Shown piece by piece: positions 56,081-64,000 of a DNA stretch of 64,000 nucleotides. The notes beneath the pieces are model-generated. The model was not told where the DNA came from. It saw only the letters and a list, made by a program, of their open reading frames with translations, and did not search any database. Each line of letters starts with the position of its first letter. Position 1 is the first letter of the stretch. The stretch is from positions 32,860,001 through 32,924,000 of the forward strand of contig OX597831.1 in assembly GCA_951406725.2 (NCBI GenBank). The letters run 5' to 3'. The translations under genes were made by a program, and so were the position numbers. Source of the stretch: Octopus vulgaris. Lineage: Eukaryota.

Positions 56081-56298
56081 CTGTGTTGTGTCTGTGTTTG
56101 TCCCCCTAGCATTGCTTGACAAGCGATGCTGGTGTGTTTATGTCCCCGTCACTTAGCGGTTCGGCAAAAGAGACCGATAGAATAAGTGCTGGCCTTACAA
56201 AGAATAAGTCCCGGGGTCGAGTTGCTCGACTAAAGGTGGTGCTCCAGCATGGCCGCAGTCAGATGACTGAAACAAGTAAAAGAGTAAAAGAGTAAAGA
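55884..56298 (+). mobile_element. SINE family A, full length, young
   Basis: Complete head, body and tail with (GTAAAAGA)n. Confidence 0.9.
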
Positions 56299-56611
56299 GT
56301 CATGAAAATACATGTTCACAAAATATTCTCTTCGATTCACCGCTTTTTTTTTGTTTAGTCTACCTGCATACCTACCTACCTACCTACCTACCTACCTACC
56401 TACCTACCTACCTACCTACCTACCTACCTACCTACCTACCTACATGCCTGCCTGTCTGTCTACTTGTCTGTATGTATGCGTGTTTGTATGTGTTTGTCTA
56501 TGTGTGACTTTATGTGTATATATATGCATGTGTGTGTATGTGTGTGTGTGTGTGCGTGTATGTCGTTACAGAAGTAAATAAAGTTGGAAAAGGCACAGAA
56601 GTGTGTATTTA

Positions 56612-56716
<105 letters not shown>

Positions 56717-56726
56717 GTCTCTCTCC

Positions 56727-56781
<55 letters not shown>

Positions 56782-56852
56782 CATATATATATATATATGT
56801 ACATCGCTCTCTGTGTATGTATGTATCTATCTGTTCACACCCCCCACTCAGC

Positions 56853-56891
<39 letters not shown>

Positions 56892-57487
56892 CTCTCACAC
56901 ACACACTTCCATGTGATGTGCGTTTGATTGTACATAAAATCGTTTGTTATCAAAGCTCTACAGATTTTATAAATACAAACGGGTCTCAGCGCACGAGAAC
57001 CTCTACGGAGACGGTCAATCAGCTAGAAATAACAGGAAAATTTAAATCCTTCTCATCTTTAAATAAATAAAGGATACACAGAAACGCAACCTAACACCAT
57101 ATACTTTTAAAATGTCGGGAAGGCCACAAGCGGAATGTCTTTCAACTTTGTAAGGGCGGCGGTTTATTGTATTTGTTTCTTTTCTGAGTGTGATGTGCCT
57201 CGAGTAGAAATGGAAGAAAACTGCAAGTTTATCACAGAGAACTCAGTTAAAAGTAGCCAACGGATTCATGGGGTGTTAAGCATGGCGATATATTAACTCT
57301 TCTATAACTTGTTTGTATGTGTAACGTATTTTTTCTTCCTTGAGATTCACTTAATTACTTCCTTTAACTCCCGAAGTACAATTCAGCTGGATTACTAACA
57401 AATTGTCCAAATTATTTAATTTCTCACGTTTGACATCATAACTGGTTCTCTGATATTTACTTTCTGTTTTATAGAAATCGAAGCTAA

Positions 57488-58433
57488 AAGCATCCATCAG
57501 AATTTTTAGTTTTATGTTCCAAACACCAGTTGAATAATTCTTTCTACTAAAGACACACGGCCTGAAATTTTGGAGGAGGGGTTTAAGTCGATTATATCGA
57601 CCCCAGTACTCAACTGGTGGTACTTAATTTATTGACCCCCCGAAAGGATGAATGGCAAAGTCGATCACGGCGGAATTCGAACTCAGAACGCAACAACGGG
57701 CGAAATACCTATTTCTTTACTACCCACAAGGGGCTAAACACAGAGAGGACAAACGGATTAAGTCGATTATATCGCCCCCAGTGCGTAACTGGTACTTATT
57801 TGATCGACCCCGAAAGGATGAAAGGTAAAGTCGACCTCGACGGAATTTGAACACAGAACGTAACGGCAGACGAAATACGGCTACGCATTTCGCCCGGCGT
57901 GCTAACGATTCTGCCAGCTCGCCGCCTCACACCAATTAAATAATGACAAGGTTATTTTACTAAATTCTTCATTATTTTCAAGATTTATTGAAATTTAGAC
58001 TGTGCATTTTAGTAAAAATACGATAGCAAAAGCGTTAAAGTGATTTCAATCAAAGTCTTGCATCAAAATTTCATGTTAAATGATGTTCCAAACACCACTT
58101 AAATAATCCTTTCTGCTATAGACTGAAGGACTGAAATTGTGGGGGAGAGGAATAGTCGATTACATCGACCCCAGTGCGTAACTGGTACTTAAATTATCGA
58201 CCCCGAAAGGATGAAAGGCTGAGTCGACTTCGGCCAAATTTGAACTCAGAACGTAGCGACGGGAGAAAAACTGTTAAGCAGTTCGCCCGGCTTGCTAACG
58301 ATTCTGCCAGATCGCCGCCTTAAGTAACACTTGAATAATGACAAATTTATTTTACTAAATTCCTCATTGTTCTCAAGATTCATTGAAAGAAAGAAATTGT
58401 ATTTCAATAGAAATATGGTAGAAAAACGATTAA
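57488..58433. repeat. Two tandem copies of an AT-rich repeat, each interrupted at the same site by minus-strand family B SINEs (57540-57927; 58107-58320)
   Basis: Both units read tgttccaaacacca..t.aataat [SINE B] ..aataatgacaa..ttattttactaaattc.tcatt.tt.tcaagatt.attgaaa. Confidence 0.7.
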
Positions 58434-58505
58434 CCTTTTGGGCCCGGACCTCTTGAACCTTATTTTACCTTATACCTAGCACTCCACCGGTGCTGCGGTA
58501 TAGAG

Positions 58506-59133
58506 AACTAGAAAAGCACTCGAAGAGCGCAGACCTCCGCCAAGCAGCTCATTTCCACTCATATACACGTATGCTGAATATAGTCCAATTTCCCAAACCA
58601 ACGCCGGCAAAAACATAACCTCCTTGGCGATGTTAAAAAGAAATAACACAGCCATATGATTTAAAAAAAAAACCCTTTAAAAACAGGATTCATCTTAAGC
58701 AGTTATTATACATCAATGACAACAGTAAGCTAGTTTCACCGTACAACTAAAAAGAAACAACAATTACCTAAAACTTAAGTGTTAAGAGAGATACGCGAGT
58801 AAAATTACTAATAGAAAAACGAAAATAAACTATAGAAACAGCAACGCCACCATAGGTTACGTTGAAACGATGAACGTGTTTTCAAGGGAGATAATCAAAG
58901 AACGTAACATTGTACTACTTCATGTAAAGTAAATATAGCAAATGAAAACTCCTTCAAGAATTCATAAAAATTCCCGAATCATTACCAAAATTTTATCTTC
59001 TCTTCCTTGTGTCGTTAGCAACTTTTCCTGCAAATTTTATCACCTACCGTTTACAATTTTTTGAGTTATTTTGCACACAGACGTAGAAACTAACGCCGTT
59101 GAAAACATAACCTCCTTCCTTGGCGGAGGTAAA
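58506..59133 (+). mobile_element. Helentron-associated non-autonomous element (HINE/DINE-1-like), with a second internal 3' end at ~58600-58636
   Basis: 5' aactagaaaagcactc..agagcgcag-acctccgccaag; 3' aaaacataacctccttccttggcggaggtaa, which gives an inverted subterminal repeat plus a terminal hairpin. Body contains ccaaaatttt...aaattttatca...ttttgagttat. Confidence 0.65.
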
Positions 59134-59319
59134 AGTATGCCATCTACCGGTAAACCGGTGTTACGGGCTCAAAGGGTTACAACATGACTGACTTTAGGGA
59201 TTGTGGTTGTCCGAATTGATGGGGGAATTGCGTCCACAAGCGCGAGTGGATAGACTTGTAATTATGTAGTGAGTATTGCATGTCACTGTAATAGTCTAGT
59301 GTTTCTATAATCCATTACT

Positions 59320-59840
59320 GTGTGTGTGTGTACGCGTGTGTGAGTGTTTGTGAGTGTGCGAATGCGTGTGTGTGTGTACGTGTGTGTATATGTGTATGTG
59401 TGAGTGTGTGTGTACGTGTGTGTGTACGTGTGTGTGTACGTGTGTGTTCGTGTGTAAGTGTGTGTACGTGTTTGCGTGTATGAGTGTGTGTACGTGAGTG
59501 TGTACGTGTGCGTACGTGTGCGTACGTGTGCGTACGTGTGTGTGTGAGTGTATGTGTAAGTGCATATGCGTGTGTGTCAGTGTGTGCGTGTGTGTACGTG
59601 TGTGAGTATGTGTGTGTGTGTGCGAATGTATGAATGTGTGTGTTTGTGTGTGTACGCGTGTGTGTACGCGTGTGTGTACGTGTGCGTACGTGTATGTGTG
59701 TGAGTGTATGTGTAAGTGCATGTGCGTGTGTGTCAGTATGTGTGTGTGTGCGAATGTGTGAGTGTGTGCGAACGTGTGTGTACGTGTGTGTGTACGTGTG
59801 TGTGTTTGTGTATGTTTGTGTACGTGGGTGTACGTGTGTA
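59320..59840. repeat. Compound (TG)n/TACG minisatellite
   Basis: Repeated tgtgtgtacg units with internal duplication. Confidence 0.85.
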
Positions 59841-60244
59841 TTCCATATGTAGATATGATTGTATGCGTGGCTGCAGAAGAGAAACTTCAAATGGGAAATC
59901 CCCCGTAGGTTTTACGCTCTTTCTCTTTTTCACTCTCTTATTTTTTACAGAAGCCTCCTCGCCTTTCTAGATTTTTATGCAAATCTGTTGTTACATTGTC
60001 CAATTCACCGTTGGTAATAGAAACAAGCGAGCAGCTGTAGGGTTCTCGTTTGTTCTCTATAATAACTATTTTCCCTAATTTTTTTAAGAGGCATTCACAC
60101 CCGCCGGTCACGTGCATCCATCCATCCATCCATCCCTCCATCCATCCATGCCTTTGTGTACGTACTTGCAGATACATATACACATAGTTATACGTACGTA
60201 CATACATATGTATATATATTTCTATATATGTATGTTTGCCATGA

Positions 60245-60435
60245 TAGATCGTTAGCCACAACACACATTTTTTTCTCTCCTTGTTTCTCTCCTTGTTTTT
60301 TCTGCGTCCCTTTCTGTGGAAGAGCGTAGGCTCGAAACGTAAAAGACTTTTTCTATTCCTGAGCGTTATACTAATACATCTGTTTGTTTTGTACACCGCT
60401 TGTCTTCGTCTTTTGGTTTTTTTTTCGTAAACTCT

Positions 60436-60440
<5 letters not shown>
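60245..60440 (+). mobile_element. Family D with hammerhead-like motif (60310-60345)
   Basis: CTTT-CTGTGGA-A-GAGCgtagGCTC-GAAA-CGTA-AAAG; followed by (TA)n. Confidence 0.75.
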
Positions 60441-60488
<48 letters not shown>

Positions 60489-61044
60489 AGTGCATATATT
60501 GTGGGTATATTATTCACATATATAGTGTTATAGATCCGTTATAGCAGATCTTATTCATCGGTTTCCCACCGGCCATTTTCCCCCGTACCTGCCATCTCTG
60601 AAGAGCGCAGTTATTAGAAAGATGCCCGATTACCTAATATCCAGGGCGAAATCGGTTGGTAAGACCGACTGTCAGATTGTCATGAATCTGTTATGCTGTA
60701 AATGTGAATGTAACGAAGAGGCGATGGTGGTGGCGGCGGTGGTGTAAAAACTGTTAGGTTTCTGTCGCTGTCTGTAGTGATGACGATGATGGTAGTGTTG
60801 TTGTCGTTGTTGATAATGATAACGATAATGGTGATGATGATGATGACGTCGACGATGATGACGCCAACGACGATGACGACAGCTACGACTATGACGATGA
60901 TGACAATAACGATAATGCTGACGATAATGACCAAAACTAAGATTTAATGATTGCAAATTCTTGATTAGCTTAAGGCCATTTACGTAATAACGTGGATGAC
61001 CTAATTACAGGAGACTGACGACAACAACGACAATGATGATGAGG

Positions 61045-61229
<185 letters not shown>

Positions 61230-61236
61230 CATAATG

Positions 61237-61291
<55 letters not shown>

Positions 61292-61292
<1 letters not shown>

Positions 61293-61514
61293 CCTTTTTA
61301 CTGTAGACACAAGGCCTGAAATTTGGTGGGGAGAGGGCTAGTCGATTGCATTGACCCCCAGTGTTTCACTGGTACTTCATTTATTGACCTCGAAAAGACG
61401 AAAGGCAAGATCGATCTCGGTGGAATTTGAACTCAGAACGTAACGACGGGCGAAATACCGCTAAACATTTCGTCCAGCGCTTTAGCGATTCTGCCAGCTT
61501 ACCGCCTCAATAAA

Positions 61515-61584
<70 letters not shown>

Positions 61585-61798
61585 GTTTCAAATTTTGGCG
61601 CAAGGATAGAAATTCTGTGTGGGTTGGGGAGGTGAGTCGATTACATCGACCACAGTGCTTAATTGGTACTTATTTTATCGGTTCCAGACGGTCCGAAATG
61701 CAAAGTCGATGTCTGCGGCAGTTGAACTCCGAACGTAAAGATGGACGAAATGCAACTCGGCGTTTTGTTCGACGCAGAAACAATTATGTCAGCTCGCC
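61292..61798 (-). mobile_element. Two tandem family B SINEs (61292-61508, 61582-61798) within (AAT)n
   Basis: Reverse complement of family B head, body and tail, separated and preceded by AAT arrays. Confidence 0.8.
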
Positions 61799-61903
61799 AT
61801 CTTCATCTATACGCACACACATATAAGTAGGTGGTGGGTGGTGTTGAATGATGGTGGTGGTAGTGGTGATGAGATGACAGTGACGGCAATGATGATGATG
61901 ACG

Positions 61904-62020
<117 letters not shown>

Positions 62021-62530
62021 GAGTGAGAGAGCAGTGCATGCCATCAAAGTGACACTGGAGTAAAATATACGAAGCCCAATATACCCATCATGACTACCCG
62101 TCTGATAAGGGTACACCAGGCACATGCATCACAACCATATGTGCGCGACATGGTGATCTCATATCAAGATAAACAGCACATGACCTTGCAGGTGGGGCCC
62201 AGTTGGAATTTTCTTCAGGTTGAGTAGCCCATCCCGCTCAAAAGGTCCCTGAATAAGGGTTGTTTAAGGATGTTGAAAGAACCACCCATGTTTCCAGAGG
62301 TGAATTATTCAAACCCCAAAGAATCCCTCTCAACACATGGCTATGATGCTCCCCCACTACTTCTGCTCGTGATCAGAGCTGCACATATCGTCAGCCACCA
62401 AGGGACATGCTCAACTGGTTAAGGTCAAACAACTGACAAGCAAATCTGTGGTATTGAGCAGAATATTTGCTGTAGCCCATCTTTTATACGAAGACAAAAC
62501 AATGTACATGATAACACTTCCAATCAGTTA
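62021..62530 (-). mobile_element. Family C copy flanked by (ATT)n
   Basis: Reverse complement of ~18488-18996; same 3' junction with the AAT array. Confidence 0.85.
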
Positions 62531-62540
62531 ATTATTATTA

Positions 62541-62589
<49 letters not shown>

Positions 62590-62609
62590 TAATATCATCA
62601 TTATTATTA

Positions 62610-62830
62610 AGGCAGCGAGTGAGCTGGCAGAATCGTTAGCGCACCGGGCGAAATGCTTACAGGTATTTCGCACGTCATTACATTCGGAGTTCAAATTCCG
62701 ACGAGGTCGACTTTGTCTTTCATCCTTTCTGGGTCTATAAATTAAGTACCAGTTGCGTACTGGGTTGATATAATCCACTAGTGTCCTTCCCGTCAAATTT
62801 CAGGCCTCGTGCCTATAGTTGAAAGGATTA
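62610..62830 (+). mobile_element. SINE family B, full length
   Basis: aaggcagcgagtgagctggcagaatcgttagc head, GAGTTCAAATTCC box, tail gaaaggattatt. Confidence 0.85.
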
Positions 62831-63028
62831 TTAATTAATTTGAAACTAAAACGCCGGTTTCAGTTTTAGTAATATTACTTACTAAGACTGATTAATGTTG
62901 ATTAGAGTAATCAGTCTAATTAATTACGGTGTTAAAATCTCAGAAAAATCACATTGGTTAATTAGAACGATTTAGACATTTTTACGTCTATATACGCATA
63001 TATTCTTGTACGTATGCATGCATGCATG

Positions 63029-63059
<31 letters not shown>

Positions 63060-63184
63060 GGATGGATGGATGCATATTTATATGTAGGAATCTACGTAGG
63101 TGTCGCTAACTTATCTATCAAATTTATATTTCGATCTCTGTGTGTGTGCGTGTGTGTGTATGAATGTATAATGTGTCTGTATGT

Positions 63185-63227
<43 letters not shown>

Positions 63228-63254
63228 TGTGTTTGTGTGTGTGTGTACGTTATA

Positions 63255-63505
63255 TATAAGCATTTAAAAGTTGGCTCGAAAATAACGCAGGCGAGACTGA
63301 GGTTATCAGAGTGGATACTGCACTCGGCGCTCACGATGGGGGCCCCTACAGGGGCACACAAGGAAAGAGGGACCGAGGATGATATATTTTGAAGCCCTAA
63401 GGGCAGACACTGGTCGCTGGAAGACGCAGGATATGGCAGCGATGATGAGGGACAAGGACCGCTGGAGAGAACTCTTCCATGGGTCTCGGGAATTTTACCC
63501 GGCCG
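63255..63505 (+). mobile_element. 3' fragment of a second RTE-type LINE
   Basis: Frameshifted translation ..RLRL..GAHKERG/RPRMIYFEALRADTG...DMAAMMRDKDRWR matches the RTE C-terminal GRP...DR..WR pattern. Confidence 0.6.
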
Positions 63506-63623
63506 AGATAGATGTATATATTTATATTCAAATGTATGCATGTACATTATAGGTGTGCATGTATATATATATGTGCGTGAATGTAGGTATACATATATAT
63601 ATATATATACACACACACACATA

Positions 63624-63664
<41 letters not shown>

Positions 63665-63665
63665 T

Positions 63666-63870
63666 ATTTTACTTGTTTCAGTCATTCGACTGCGGCCATG
63701 CTGGAGCACCGCCTTTAATCGAACAACTCGACCCCGGGACTTATTCTTTGTAAGCCCAGTACTTATTTTATCGGTCTCTTTTGCCGATTCGCTAAGTGAC
63801 GGGGACGTAAACACACCAGCATCGGTTGTCAAGCAATGCTAGGGGGACAAACACAGACACACAAACACAT
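63666..63870 (-). mobile_element. SINE family A, 3' half
   Basis: Reverse complement of tail and 3' body. Confidence 0.85.
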
Positions 63871-63946
63871 ACACACACACACTCACATATATATATATAT
63901 ATATATATATTTGTATGTGTGTGTATGTATATATATATACATATAT

Positions 63947-63978
<32 letters not shown>

Positions 63979-64000
63979 TTTAATTGTTCCACGTCCTCGC

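Overview
AT-rich eukaryotic DNA saturated with microsatellites; the SINE and LINE complement is most consistent with an octopod cephalopod (inference). Almost all ORFs in the supplied track are translations of simple repeats. The only host gene evidence is one coding exon (43210-43411, +) starting with a SNAG motif, MPRSFLVKSKK (Gfi1/Senseless type); its zinc-finger exons were not found in the window, and a possible TATA-driven upstream exon lies at about 25.6-25.8 kb. The rest is mobile DNA: a CR1-type LINE, an RTE LINE with a PHD-type finger inside its RT, R4/Dong-type RLE LINE fragments in (AAT)n arrays, a ~550-bp non-coding retroposon also tied to (AAT)n, several modular tRNA-derived SINE families, a deleted mariner, several MITEs and a Helentron-type element. 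The most notable observation is a set of minimal hammerhead-ribozyme-like motifs: a ~180-bp dispersed family with a variant core (CUGUNGA) in five copies, plus two motifs with canonical cores. Family labels A-G are my working names. Repeat boundaries were read by eye and are approximate.
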